A stretch of 58,063 nucleotides of DNA from the IMG/VR virus record IMGVR_UViG_3300013094_000055, positions 1 through 58,063 of that record; one strand, written 5' to 3'. Below the pieces are notes generated by a model that saw only the letters and a list, made by a program, of their open reading frames with translations, was not told where the DNA came from and did no database searches. This stretch comes from a virus. Lineage: Duplodnaviria; Caudoviricetes. Position 1 is the first letter of the stretch. Each line of letters starts with the position of its first letter. Shown one piece after another: positions 18,900 through 28,144 of the stretch. The position numbers and the translations under genes were made by a program.

Positions 18900-20978
18900 T
18901 TAGCTCTTTCCTATTGACGCTGTAGGGTTTTTAATAAGTGTTTTTACTTGGTTAACAATAGACGCTGTATCTGTAATTCCATTGAACTGAAATGTAAGTC
19001 CACCGTAGTTAATGTCTCCAGATCCACCACCACTTTGAGCTCTCATAGAATCCGCTATAGCATTGAGGTCAGCTGCTCCAGCAGCTGCTCCAGCAGGTGT
19101 TCCACTAGATGCAACTGAGTTTTGAGAAGACGAAGATCCGCCCTGATAATGGTTAGCGTCCCAAGAAGAGGACTGCATTAGCTTCAAGAAGTTAGAGGTA
19201 GACGTTCCACCACCAGTAAGCGCTTTAGTGATATCCGTATAACCTCTAGAAGCTGCGCCCTGTCCGGTTAGTGTTGCAACGGTCGCATTAACACCTTGTT
19301 GCCAAGACGTGTAGGCTTGTACTCCACTGCCAGCTTTACCCGTGTTGTAGTTAGTAGAGCCAGAAGATTGGTAAGACGTGTTAAGGGGATTGTACTTAGC
19401 GGTGTTGCTCCAGTTACCGCCCTCCTTACCTTCCCAATAAACTAGGTCTTGGATTGCTTGAGCTGTAGGTGTTCCACCCAGCCCAGTAATAACTGCCTTA
19501 GCAAAATCCTCTTGTGTAAACCCAGAAGCTCCGCCAGCACTAGTAGGGCCTCCGGTTTTACGGTTTAAACCTAAAGAGTGGTTAGGGATAATAGTCCCAT
19601 CAGTTTTAGGCAAGAACAGTTCTGGGCCTTCTTCACCAACAATGTAAGGGGTCTTACCGTCACCCATAGGGCCTGAGCTAATTGCAGGTCCTCCGCTAGC
19701 TAAACCAAAGATGCTAAGAATTTTACTGATTGATGAGCTTATTGCCATCACTGGTCCACCAATAATTCCTTGGTTTGCAGCATTTAAAGAGCCTACTCCG
19801 CCAGTAACCCTGTCGATATATGTAGCAAATTTATCCACAGCGTTGTTGAACTTTGTGCTTGCATCGTATCCACCAGAAATTTGTCCAGACTGATCTACAG
19901 TTAAGTTTGTCTGGTTTGCTGTTTGCTCACCGATATTGGCAGCTGTCTGTGAAAGCACTCCGGCTTGTACTAGCTGCTGTTTACCAATGGAATTTAACTC
20001 AGCTCCACCAAATTGAGCTTTTGCCAAAAGCATGTTAGCAGTCATTTGAATCATTGTTGGGTCTCCGTTAAAGAGGCCGCTCAACATGTTATAAATTCCG
20101 TTACCGGGCATCAATGAGATCTGGAAAGACTTCTTATCCATACCTTTTCCGCCGTTTTGCTTCTTTAAAAAGTTCCAGATTTGGTCCACTACTTGATCCA
20201 TAGGAAGTAAAGAACCATTAGGGCTGCGAAGATTTATGCCGATTGCACGGGCCATGTTTACCGTAGACGGCGCATTAAGCGTTCCTCCTATGGCTTGAGT
20301 TGCTCCTGCAATACCTAGTCCAGGAGTATAAAGAGAGGCGGTAGATGCTCCCTGAAGAACTTGATTAAAGTTAGTGGCGCCACTAAGACCTGTGTCGTTA
20401 GCTACAGCAAGCGCTCTTGTAGAGTCCATAGCATCTGTAGCTAGACCATTATGCGCTAAAGACTTTTCTAAAGCTTTTACGTTTGCCGATTGGCTTTGTA
20501 GGTTACCGCCAAAGCCACCTTGCCCGTAAAACGCTGATCTAACTGTCAGCAGATCCTGCATTACTGCAGTAGGTACTCCCGGCATCAAACCGCTTGCCTC
20601 TAGCCCAGAGTTAAAAGCTCCAGACGCAGCAACATACTTTTGGAACCCATTATTTACAGAGGATATCTGGTTTCTAAAACCGCCTCCGCCAGTGGACCCC
20701 TCCTTACCTCCGCCTCCGCCACCGCTTTCGGATACCTTTCCGTTTGAGGCAACAATGTTTCCGTTACCAGCGCCTCCACTGCTAATAGGGTTACCCTTAG
20801 CGTCTACTAGTTGAGGAAGCTTTACAGAGTTTAAAGATCTAACAAGTTTATCTACAGCAGGCTGCAACGTATTAGTTATTATGTTGCTTAAGCCAAGAAT
20901 GTCCTGCTTGATGTTGGTAATGGATAGGGAGATATTGCCGCCCCCGCCGAGGCCAAGTCCGACTTTGCTGTCATCCAT
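18900..20978 (-). CDS. Tape measure protein with C-terminal lysozyme-like domain
   Basis: Ala/Gly-rich helical; PYIVGEEGPELFLP; EGG...YNPLNT...VQAYTSWQQG; ATG 20978 has AGGAGG 8 nt upstream. Confidence 0.8.
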   Translation of the reverse strand: MDDSKVGLGLGGGGNISLSITNIKQDILGLSNIITNTLQPAVDKLVRSLNSVKLPQLVDAKGNPISSGGAGNGNIVASNGKVSESGGGGGGKEGSTGGGGFRNQISSVNNGFQKYVAASGAFNSGLEASGLMPGVPTAVMQDLLTVRSAFYGQGGFGGNLQSQSANVKALEKSLAHNGLATDAMDSTRALAVANDTGLSGATNFNQVLQGASTASLYTPGLGIAGATQAIGGTLNAPSTVNMARAIGINLRSPNGSLLPMDQVVDQIWNFLKKQNGGKGMDKKSFQISLMPGNGIYNMLSGLFNGDPTMIQMTANMLLAKAQFGGAELNSIGKQQLVQAGVLSQTAANIGEQTANQTNLTVDQSGQISGGYDASTKFNNAVDKFATYIDRVTGGVGSLNAANQGIIGGPVMAISSSISKILSIFGLASGGPAISSGPMGDGKTPYIVGEEGPELFLPKTDGTIIPNHSLGLNRKTGGPTSAGGASGFTQEDFAKAVITGLGGTPTAQAIQDLVYWEGKEGGNWSNTAKYNPLNTSYQSSGSTNYNTGKAGSGVQAYTSWQQGVNATVATLTGQGAASRGYTDITKALTGGGTSTSNFLKLMQSSSWDANHYQGGSSSSQNSVASSGTPAGAAAGAADLNAIADSMRAQSGGGSGDINYGGLTFQFNGITDTASIVNQVKTLIKNPTASIGKS

Positions 20979-20980
20979 GG

Positions 20981-21136
20981 TCAATACCTCCTATTCCTTC
21001 TTGCTCTTTCAATCCAGTTTTGACGTTCTCTAAACGACATAGACTTAATGTCGGCTAAAGTCCATCCAGTAAAAGTCCTAGTTAGGAACTCATACTGGTC
21101 TAACAAATGCTCATAATCTTCATCTCTATATACGAA
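20981..21136 (-). CDS. Tail-chaperone extension ORF (gpT/gp51-like, 51 codons), probably reached by +1 frameshift
   Basis: Not in track; FVYRDEDYEHLLDQYEFLTRTFTGWTLADIKSMSFRERQNWIERARRNRRY fills the chaperone-TMP gap; no ATG or SD at its 5' end. Confidence 0.75.
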   Translation of the reverse strand, partial: FVYRDEDYEHLLDQYEFLTRTFTGWTLADIKSMSFRERQNWIERARRNRRY

Positions 21137-21917
21137 ACAAATCAACAAGACTTAGTGGTAGAGACATAGACTCACCACATGCCTTGCAGTTCTTGCTCAC
21201 CTCCCCAAGGCGTGGGCCTGGGTTCCTTGATAAGATCTCTTCAACAAGCTTTGAGCGGTCACCGATACCTAGAGATAACACGGTGTACGCCCCTACAGAA
21301 GGCTCGTTGTTTACAGACAAAACGCAAGAGGTAAGCAACATAGTGTTGATCTCGGCAGACGTTTTGTCAGCGTTTTCCAAAAGCTTGCGCTGGACTACTC
21401 CGGTAGGAAGAGTCAGCGTTACATATCCTTTTTTTGTTTCTACAGTCCAAGTGCGATCGTTAATAGGATCATCCAGTTTATGGACTGGGATGTCCTCAGT
21501 AAGATTTACCGTTGCAACCTGCTCTGTTAAACAACTCTGACAAGTGAGTTTAAAGTCAACAGTCTCTCCAAAAGTAACCTTGCGGATACCTATAAGAGCT
21601 GCGTCCCTATCACCAGAGAGCATCTCATCTAGATCTTCTTTGGTAGCCTCACGACGACCAACTTTTACTAGACCGCGCTGTAGCAATACGTTAAGAGCTT
21701 TACCTGTAGTAGAAGCTTTAGCAATTGCTTCCTCGTCTACACCGGTCAACTCGCGCACCTCTACAGTTGTCACTAGTTCGTTGTTGTCGATAAACCCTCC
21801 TGGAAGGCTTACTTCTGGACCTAAAGGAACCCGAGTAGTTACTGTCTCCTCGGGCTCCTTCATAGCCTGTTCTGCGAACTTATTGATTAACTCTTGGTTT
21901 GTTATTACTTCTGCCAC
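21126..21917 (-). CDS. Tail assembly chaperone / T4 gp26-like hub assembly protein
   Basis: VRELTGVDEE, GDRD, two CxxC motifs (CQSC, CKAC); between tube and TMP. Confidence 0.8.
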   Translation of the reverse strand: MAEVITNQELINKFAEQAMKEPEETVTTRVPLGPEVSLPGGFIDNNELVTTVEVRELTGVDEEAIAKASTTGKALNVLLQRGLVKVGRREATKEDLDEMLSGDRDAALIGIRKVTFGETVDFKLTCQSCLTEQVATVNLTEDIPVHKLDDPINDRTWTVETKKGYVTLTLPTGVVQRKLLENADKTSAEINTMLLTSCVLSVNNEPSVGAYTVLSLGIGDRSKLVEEILSRNPGPRLGEVSKNCKACGESMSLPLSLVDLFRI

Positions 21918-21956
21918 GTTTTATTCTCCTAAATAAGTTATATCGTTAATTGTACC

Positions 21957-22667
21957 TTAGCTAATTGCGTAGTTAGTGCGGCCTCCGCCAGCTGATCCCA
22001 CTTGACCTGTTGTAGAACCGGTTGTGCTTGATCCTGCCTTAAGAGGTTTGCCATTAGCGTCAGTGAATGAAACGCTGAGACCTTCATGAACTAGCTGCAT
22101 TGTTTCAAACATCAATGCTCCGTTAGTAGCATCTAGGTCTGAGTAGCTTAGGCTTGTGATCCATGCGTTATACACGTTGAAGACCATCTGAGGGTAGTCA
22201 TTAGCTACATCTGTATTTGGATGGTTGTTAACGTAGATAGCGATGTTTACACGGAAGCCGGAGCCTGTAGACCCTGAACCTCCCGGATTAAGTCCTGTTC
22301 CAGCTGACGCTGCAAATAAACCGCGCATCCATGAAATAGCTTGATCGTTACCGAAGATTGTTCCACGGGTGAACGTAATTGGTTGGAAGGTGGTCATTCC
22401 AGGAATCTGGTGGACAGTGGTGTTGAATCCACCTTCACGGTAGGTGATGTTCTGTGTCTGGATAGCCAGACCAGAGATAGTTGAGAAACCGCCAACCCAT
22501 CCAGTTGAGATGCCCTTTACAGGCATAGATGTCTGGTTTGTAGCGCTCTTGATGCGTTGATCAAAAAACCCATCATTACCAGCTGATGTGAAGACTGCCT
22601 TGAACCTAAACGTGCGTAAAGGATCTGTGGCCAGACTTGAGTTGTAGGTACTTAGGTTAGTTGCCAT
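21957..22667 (-). CDS. Tail tube protein (T4 gp19-like)
   Basis: DPLRTFRF, GFSTISGL, YREGG, PITFTRG, NAW, ETMQLVHEG. Confidence 0.92.
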   Translation of the reverse strand: MATNLSTYNSSLATDPLRTFRFKAVFTSAGNDGFFDQRIKSATNQTSMPVKGISTGWVGGFSTISGLAIQTQNITYREGGFNTTVHQIPGMTTFQPITFTRGTIFGNDQAISWMRGLFAASAGTGLNPGGSGSTGSGFRVNIAIYVNNHPNTDVANDYPQMVFNVYNAWITSLSYSDLDATNGALMFETMQLVHEGLSVSFTDANGKPLKAGSSTTGSTTGQVGSAGGGRTNYAIS

Positions 22668-22682
22668 TATTTACTTTCCTCC

Positions 22683-24524
22683 TTAGGAAACAGTAACGGT
22701 GGTACCACCGCTGTACTGGCCGATATTAAGGACAACGAACTCAGCTGGGCGTTGTAGAGCAACACCTACCTGAATGTTTACGTATCCGTTGTCGATTGTG
22801 GTTGGGGTATTGATTGTGCTATCGCAGACTACAAAGAAAGCGGCATCTGGAGACGCACCTGTAAGTCCGCCTTGAGACCAGAATGTAGTCAAGAAGCCTG
22901 TGATAGTTGATGTGATCAACGACCATAGGTTTTGATCATTTGGCTCAAAGACAGCAAATTGAGTTAGATCACGAAGTGACTTCTCAATGTAGGTTAGTGA
23001 GCGACGTACTGGAACGTAACGATCTACATATCCTGGCTTCAGTGTGCGGGCGCCCATAACAACAATGCCAGAACCTGCAACATACTTGATTGCGTTAACA
23101 GGAGGTACTGAGCTATTCAATGAGTCCAAGTTAGCATTGCTTAGAGGAGGGACTGCAACTGCTCCGGCAATACGTGTCTGTAAACCAGCAGGGGCTTTGA
23201 AGACTCCGCGAGCAGCATCCGTCGCTCCATAGATACCGGCCATAGCCGCACCAGCTCCTACAACAAGTGTCTGACCCTTTGCAGAACCTACAGTAACTGT
23301 TGGGTCAGCGATTGTAAGTGATGGGTAATAAACAGCTGCTTGAGAAGTTGTTTGGTAAGTAGCCGCTTGTGTAAGCTGAGCTGAAGCAGTGGAAGTGTAG
23401 TTATCGCTAAGTGTTGCTTGTCCAGACTGTGCTGGGTAAGCATCGATAATAACAAATACATCGTTTAGACGGGTTGAACCTGTAGCGTAGGTGATTGCTG
23501 CGTTAACGGTTGCTGTATCTGTAGCTCCAGGAATGTTCAAAGTCAAAGACTGTGGGATTGTGTCATACAGGCTTAGAGCTGTTGAGTAGATAGAAGCTGT
23601 TGCGGCAGCAGGAGCAGCAGACGTTCCGTCTGAACCACCGCTCAAAGATACGCTCAGGATAGGAGCTGCGGCAAGACCAGCACCACTTGGGTTACGTGTA
23701 ATGCCTGTTGATGTTGATCCTAAATCAACGACTGTGATGTAGTTAGATGCTGCGTTAATTACTGTAAGAGCATAACGAGGGTCTGAAGCAGTCATAGAAA
23801 TTGCTGTCCATTGTTCAACAACGTTAGCTGAAGATGTTCCGTTGTAGTATACAGTTAGATCAAAGTAGTTACTTTGACCAGTAGCTGTAGCGGACGCCCC
23901 TGTTACTGCAGTTCCGGTTGCAGCGTTAGACACAGTGAACTGTGTTGGAGAAGCGGAAGCGATGATCACGTTTGTTAGGTTAAACGCGCTTGTTGAAAGG
24001 CCAGCAATAGTTACAGCCTGTCCTACTGAGAACACGTTGTTCGCTGTGTATGTAATAACCCCACCGGCAGCAGAAGCCGCAGTTACAGTAGCTGTAGAGG
24101 CTCCGCTTGTAGATGCCGTGATGCTTACGTTAATGTTGCTGCCCCATGTACCTGGGCTAACAGCGCTTATCTTCAAGGTAGGCTGTGCTGATCCGGAGGC
24201 ACCATCATTGAATGAGCGAGTAGCTGTAGAGGAGCTTACAGTTCCATTGAACACGCGAGTTACGTAAGCTGATTGACCACCATTTGCAAAGTACATGTAA
24301 AGAGCAAGTGGTAGGTTGTTTGGGTTAGATGTTACTGAAGTGTTGTTCCAACTACCAAACAAAGTTGTGTATTGTCCCCATGAGGTGACTAGTGTTGGAG
24401 TAAGAGGACCACGGTCGTTAGCTCCAAGAAAAGCAGCAATCGTGTTGGTTGACGAACCAGCCACTGATTGAATAGGGTTTAGCGTTTCCTGAACGTACAC
24501 CCCAGGTCGGTTATAAGTTGCCAT
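22683..24524 (-). CDS. Tail sheath protein
   Basis: RPGVYVQE, RGVFKAPAG, GARTL, YVPVRR, VFEPND, RPAEFV. Confidence 0.95.
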   Translation of the reverse strand: MATYNRPGVYVQETLNPIQSVAGSSTNTIAAFLGANDRGPLTPTLVTSWGQYTTLFGSWNNTSVTSNPNNLPLALYMYFANGGQSAYVTRVFNGTVSSSTATRSFNDGASGSAQPTLKISAVSPGTWGSNINVSITASTSGASTATVTAASAAGGVITYTANNVFSVGQAVTIAGLSTSAFNLTNVIIASASPTQFTVSNAATGTAVTGASATATGQSNYFDLTVYYNGTSSANVVEQWTAISMTASDPRYALTVINAASNYITVVDLGSTSTGITRNPSGAGLAAAPILSVSLSGGSDGTSAAPAAATASIYSTALSLYDTIPQSLTLNIPGATDTATVNAAITYATGSTRLNDVFVIIDAYPAQSGQATLSDNYTSTASAQLTQAATYQTTSQAAVYYPSLTIADPTVTVGSAKGQTLVVGAGAAMAGIYGATDAARGVFKAPAGLQTRIAGAVAVPPLSNANLDSLNSSVPPVNAIKYVAGSGIVVMGARTLKPGYVDRYVPVRRSLTYIEKSLRDLTQFAVFEPNDQNLWSLITSTITGFLTTFWSQGGLTGASPDAAFFVVCDSTINTPTTIDNGYVNIQVGVALQRPAEFVVLNIGQYSGGTTVTVS

Positions 24525-24548
24525 TATTACTTTATCTCCTTAGTGATT

Positions 24549-25190
24549 TTACGGATTAACGTTTGGTGGTACAGGTGTTAGTGTGGACGGGATGGACGAT
24601 GTAGTAGCGTTGATATCCACGTAGTCAACAAGAGGTGTGGCAGCGACTTGAGCAGGTGTCATCTCGCTTACAACTCTTACTGAAAGTACGTTTCTTAAAA
24701 GACGACGATTACCGGTTTCGCTAGCAACGGCGTCTCTTTTTACAAATCCATCAAGGAACATAGAACGAACACTGTTCTCTGTGCCTAAAGCATTAGGTAC
24801 TGTTAGGTACCCATACTTTGATGGAAACTTATTTAGTAGCTGGTAGATGATCGCGCGGTCATGGCGCGGATTACGTGAGTAAGACGTGATCTGATACACA
24901 AGGTCATATGCAACAGGGATATTGTATGAGTAACCATAACCAGCTTGAGATGCGATAGTTCCTTGGTAGTCGCTATCTACCAACGTTCCTGCGGTTTGAC
25001 GCTCTTGCGCCTGCAAGATATCAATAAGGTCAATTGTAATAAATGGAAAGCTTTGATCACGGATTTCAAGGTCAGGGTAACCAAACCATACCTTTACAGG
25101 GCGGCTGGCATTAGAGTCGTCTGAAACTGTTATCCCGCTGAGAAGAGTTTTTAACGCCAAGTCTTCGGCTACAATAAACCCATTACCCAT
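24549..25190 (-). CDS. Tail completion/terminator protein
   Basis: Directly upstream of sheath; VWFGYPD...FPFITID...DLVYQITSYSR. Confidence 0.6.
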   Translation of the reverse strand: MGNGFIVAEDLALKTLLSGITVSDDSNASRPVKVWFGYPDLEIRDQSFPFITIDLIDILQAQERQTAGTLVDSDYQGTIASQAGYGYSYNIPVAYDLVYQITSYSRNPRHDRAIIYQLLNKFPSKYGYLTVPNALGTENSVRSMFLDGFVKRDAVASETGNRRLLRNVLSVRVVSEMTPAQVAATPLVDYVDINATTSSIPSTLTPVPPNVNP

Positions 25191-25519
25191 TAGAGCACCT
25201 CAGCAATCATTCCAGGGATGGCCGTGTATAAAGCGCCTTGAAGCTTAGAGTTACAGCGGTATAGAAAAGCTCGAATAGATGTGTTTGCAATCCCAAACTC
25301 TGGGCCGTATTCAAGATCATCGATCTCTTCTTTTAAAGCCTCTGAATACTCAATGGCAAGTGTGGTGTCTTCTTTTGAGACCACGGTCATTCCTTCAATT
25401 ACGTGGGAAGGCCAACCAGAAAGCTTGGCAAGCTCACGAAGGTCCTTTGTAAAGACAGGAGCTAGTGAGGTTGAGATATTGCGCGCTACGGCGTCTAGGT
25501 TATTTTTTCCTGAGTACAC
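25190..25519 (-). CDS. Hypothetical neck-region protein (likely GTG start 25519)
   Basis: Track ORF 25190-25555; AGGTG lies 7 nt before GTG 25519. Confidence 0.6.
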   Translation of the reverse strand: MYSGKNNLDAVARNISTSLAPVFTKDLRELAKLSGWPSHVIEGMTVVSKEDTTLAIEYSEALKEEIDDLEYGPEFGIANTSIRAFLYRCNSKLQGALYTAIPGMIAEVL

Positions 25520-25652
25520 TCTTGAACACCTGTGCCTCATAGTAGACGTCACCAATTTGCTTTAGTAAGTCTTCCCGGACATCAGGTATATTGCTGACGA
25601 TGGCTCTAGCGAATTCAACGCTAGATGCAGCATCAATCTTTTTACCAGACAT
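25500..25652 (-). CDS. Small hypothetical protein (50 aa)
   Basis: Not in track; MSGKKIDAASSVEFARAIVSNIPDVREDLLKQIGDVYYEAQVFKSVLRKK with AAGGAG SD. Confidence 0.7.
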   Translation of the reverse strand: MSGKKIDAASSVEFARAIVSNIPDVREDLLKQIGDVYYEAQVFKSVLRKK

Positions 25653-25723
25653 GGCAATCTCCTTCAGGAGGCAGTGTACTTCGCAAGGGTGAGTCTAGTC
25701 CCGCATGGAACTTATATAAGGAT

Positions 25724-25750
25724 AAACGAAAGGCCACCTTTCGGTGGCCT
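25724..25750 (-). terminator. Intrinsic terminator
   Basis: AGGCCACC-GAAA-GGTGGCCT followed by TTCGTTT. Confidence 0.8.
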
Positions 25751-25756
25751 AAGCGC

Positions 25757-25978
25757 TTACTTCTTTTTGACCTTCTTGGCCAAAGCCTTGTCCATCTTTG
25801 CGTCTTCCTTAGCAGACGGCTTCTTCTTATCCATCTTCTTATCTGCCTTTTCAAAGGCAGCTTTTTGCTTAGGGGTCATACCCTTCATGACCTTGGCGTC
25901 TTGCTTCTTGTCAGCAGCTTTACCTTTGCCGTACCCAGCTTCGCCTTTTTTCTTACCGCATCCGCATGACATGCACAT
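25757..25978 (-). CDS. Small Lys-rich protein with N-terminal CxxCxC
   Basis: MCMSCGCGKKK...; TAATG coupling. Confidence 0.75.
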   Translation of the reverse strand: MCMSCGCGKKKGEAGYGKGKAADKKQDAKVMKGMTPKQKAAFEKADKKMDKKKPSAKEDAKMDKALAKKVKKK

Positions 25979-26166
25979 TACTTTTTCTTTCCCATCTTCT
26001 TAGGGGCAGCCTTGCCTTTGTGGGCCATGGCTTCCATCTTCTTTACTCCGTACTTTTTGATGCCTGCAGCAGCAGCAACTGCAGCAGGGTTCTTAGCTCC
26101 GCCCTTGGCAGCCTCTGCTTCGACCTTCTTAAAGCGTGAGCCTGAGCCTAGTTTAGCCTTTGTCAT
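25978..26166 (-). CDS. Small Lys/Ala-rich basic protein
   Basis: 62 aa; AAGGAG SD; coupled to the next gene. Confidence 0.75.
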   Translation of the reverse strand: MTKAKLGSGSRFKKVEAEAAKGGAKNPAAVAAAAGIKKYGVKKMEAMAHKGKAAPKKMGKKK

Positions 26167-26290
26167 ACTTCTTCTCCTTCTTAACCTTTTTAGGTAATTT
26201 ACCTTTAGGGGTTTCTTTTTGCCATTGACGTGCCATCTGAGGATGGGTAGCCCACATCCATTTTTCTTGAACGCGAGACTTAAACGGCAT
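26153..26290 (-). CDS. Small basic protein (45 aa)
   Basis: Not in track; MPFKSRVQEKWMWATHPQMARQWQKETPKGKLPKKVKKEKKYDKG; ATG overlaps the upstream stop (TAATG). Confidence 0.8.
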   Translation of the reverse strand: MPFKSRVQEKWMWATHPQMARQWQKETPKGKLPKKVKKEKKYDKG

Positions 26291-26784
26291 TATCCGACGT
26301 TATAGATGGTTATGTTAGCTGATGGAGATGCTGGACGGGTTGGGTTTGTGCCAGCTGCCGTAGCAATCAGTGCCATACCTGATGCACCAGACCACCAGTG
26401 AAATTGGATATAGTCCCCAGCAACAACTGAAATAGGGGATTCAATATTTGCTAATACTTGTGAATTCTGAGCACTAGCTGTGGTAAAAGTAAAAGCAGAA
26501 GCAGGAACCTGAACACCGTTTTTAGAGAACCAGGTTGTGATGTTGTAGTTACTTGCTCCACCCGTAAAGTTAAACTGACCTAAAAAGTTAAGGTTGTAGG
26601 TGCCAGGTACAGCAAAAACAATCTTGCTAGTATCTGAACCAAGAGCCATTCCTTTACTTAAGTTTGTTGTGTCCCAAGTAATTAAATTATCTGAGGTGGT
26701 TCCACCACTAGCTTGGTTTGTACTTCTAGCAAAGTTACCGTAGTAAAGAATAGCTGCGGGAGATAATGATTTCTTTACGCTCAT
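26290..26784 (-). CDS. C1q/TNF-like (BclA C-terminal-like) beta-sandwich protein
   Basis: ITWDT...KIVFAVPGTYNLNF...AGDYIQF pattern. Confidence 0.6.
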   Translation of the reverse strand: MSVKKSLSPAAILYYGNFARSTNQASGGTTSDNLITWDTTNLSKGMALGSDTSKIVFAVPGTYNLNFLGQFNFTGGASNYNITTWFSKNGVQVPASAFTFTTASAQNSQVLANIESPISVVAGDYIQFHWWSGASGMALIATAAGTNPTRPASPSANITIYNVG

Positions 26785-27092
26785 GCTGTTGTCACCAACA
26801 ATACTGCTACGTTAGAAGAGCCGCTTGAGATTGCCCACACACTTTCATTTCCTCCAAGGAGGTCAATTGAAACAGAGGCCCCTGGTACTAAAGAGACGCC
26901 ATAGTTTGAAGAGGTAACTACAGAGTCACCAATGTATACGGTAGCAGCGGTGTCTACGTTTTCAACGTATACGGTGGCTGATTGCCAAGTGTAATTTTTT
27001 TCACCAGTTACTGGGTCTGTAATTATTGCGTTTGGGTTTAAGTCAACAGCTGTTGAACTGTTAAGTGCAACTGTTGCATGAGATAGTGCCAT
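26781..27092 (-). CDS. Small beta-sandwich virion protein
   Basis: VYVENVD..VYIGDSVVTSSNYG..L.PG; ATGA coupling. Confidence 0.65.
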   Translation of the reverse strand: MALSHATVALNSSTAVDLNPNAIITDPVTGEKNYTWQSATVYVENVDTAATVYIGDSVVTSSNYGVSLVPGASVSIDLLGGNESVWAISSGSSNVAVLLVTTA

Positions 27093-27100
27093 GGGTCTCC

Positions 27101-27631
27101 TTAGTTGGCGTACTGCTGGAACTGTGGGTCGTTGACCATTTCTTCAGGCATAACCTGGATACAGTCAATAGCCAGCAACGTGTACTGTTCAGAAATAATA
27201 CCGCGTTGCTGTACCAAATATGGCCTGTACACTTCGCCTTTCCATACCACTCGGCTCTTGTCCTGCTGGCCGAGAGACTGAATCTGGCTTTCTAGCGTAG
27301 GGTCAATATTGTTTAGGTCATCAATGTTTAAGGTTAGATGTAGCTCGTCTGACTTATAGAAACCTGCTTCAGATGTCTTTGCACTACCCGCAGCGATTAC
27401 GGCTCTCACTACAGGGATCGTGTACGGCCCGTACCATTTGCGTCCTCCCCCAGATGTGGTCACACCGTCACCTACATCATAGATTGGGTCGATGGCTGTA
27501 TCAGCAGAATCAAAGAACCACCACTGAGCCGTGGTTCCCACAGGGTTACGTAGCTCAGTATTGATGCCGTCTCTAATAGTCAGAGACTCAAAGCTGGAGT
27601 CAAATCGACCTTCTTGAGTATATCCGCGCAT
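27101..27631 (-). CDS. Putative head closure (stopper) protein
   Basis: Synteny upstream of tail completion genes; RVVWKGEVYRP; AATAAT 6 nt before ATG. Confidence 0.55.
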   Translation of the reverse strand: MRGYTQEGRFDSSFESLTIRDGINTELRNPVGTTAQWWFFDSADTAIDPIYDVGDGVTTSGGGRKWYGPYTIPVVRAVIAAGSAKTSEAGFYKSDELHLTLNIDDLNNIDPTLESQIQSLGQQDKSRVVWKGEVYRPYLVQQRGIISEQYTLLAIDCIQVMPEEMVNDPQFQQYAN

Positions 27632-27645
27632 AGACTTATTATTCC

Positions 27646-28086
27646 CTACTCAGCGTCTTTTGTAAGGTGTTCTGCAGCGGCCTCAGTACCGGACTTTCTG
27701 TATCTGAAAGTTTCCCAAAGGGGCGTTGGAATGGCGTGGATACCGTACAGAGTTCTGTGGTGAGCAGTACAGAGAACTTCTAGGTTTCCTGGGCTTTCAA
27801 TCCACTCTTGAAACTCTTCATCTGAGGCAAATTGAACCCCAAAAGCCTCTTCAACTCTCTTAGGGTCCATGTTGTTAACCTGAGAGAACTCTATATGAGA
27901 GTGGTGAAGCTCTGGGGTGCCTGAGCAAAGGTCATCATTAATGACGCACTTCCAAAGCCCTTGCTTTTTGAGCCGGGCCTTGGCTTGATTGAAAAGGTGG
28001 TAGTGAGGATCGCTTTCACGAGGCTCATGCTCTGGGGTAGATACTGCTAGAGATAGGTTTAATTTGTCTTTATGAGCGTCGGTCAA
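27646..28086 (-). CDS. HNH-like nuclease-fold protein
   Basis: C..C...ELHH...NLEVLCTAHH...GIH. Confidence 0.7.
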   Translation of the reverse strand: MTDAHKDKLNLSLAVSTPEHEPRESDPHYHLFNQAKARLKKQGLWKCVINDDLCSGTPELHHSHIEFSQVNNMDPKRVEEAFGVQFASDEEFQEWIESPGNLEVLCTAHHRTLYGIHAIPTPLWETFRYRKSGTEAAAEHLTKDAE

Positions 28087-28144
28087 AGCGGCTCCTTAGA
28101 TAGATACGTATCTAGTATCTAGAAATAAACCTACTTTGTCAGTG

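Noticed and set aside
21095-21140. Canonical -1 chaperone frameshift
   Set aside because: The -1 frame reaches TAG after about 13 codons; only the +1 frame spans the gap.
10423-24524. Tail cluster as an extracellular contractile injection system or T6SS
   Set aside because: Capsid, portal, terminase and replication genes are contiguous, so this is a phage.
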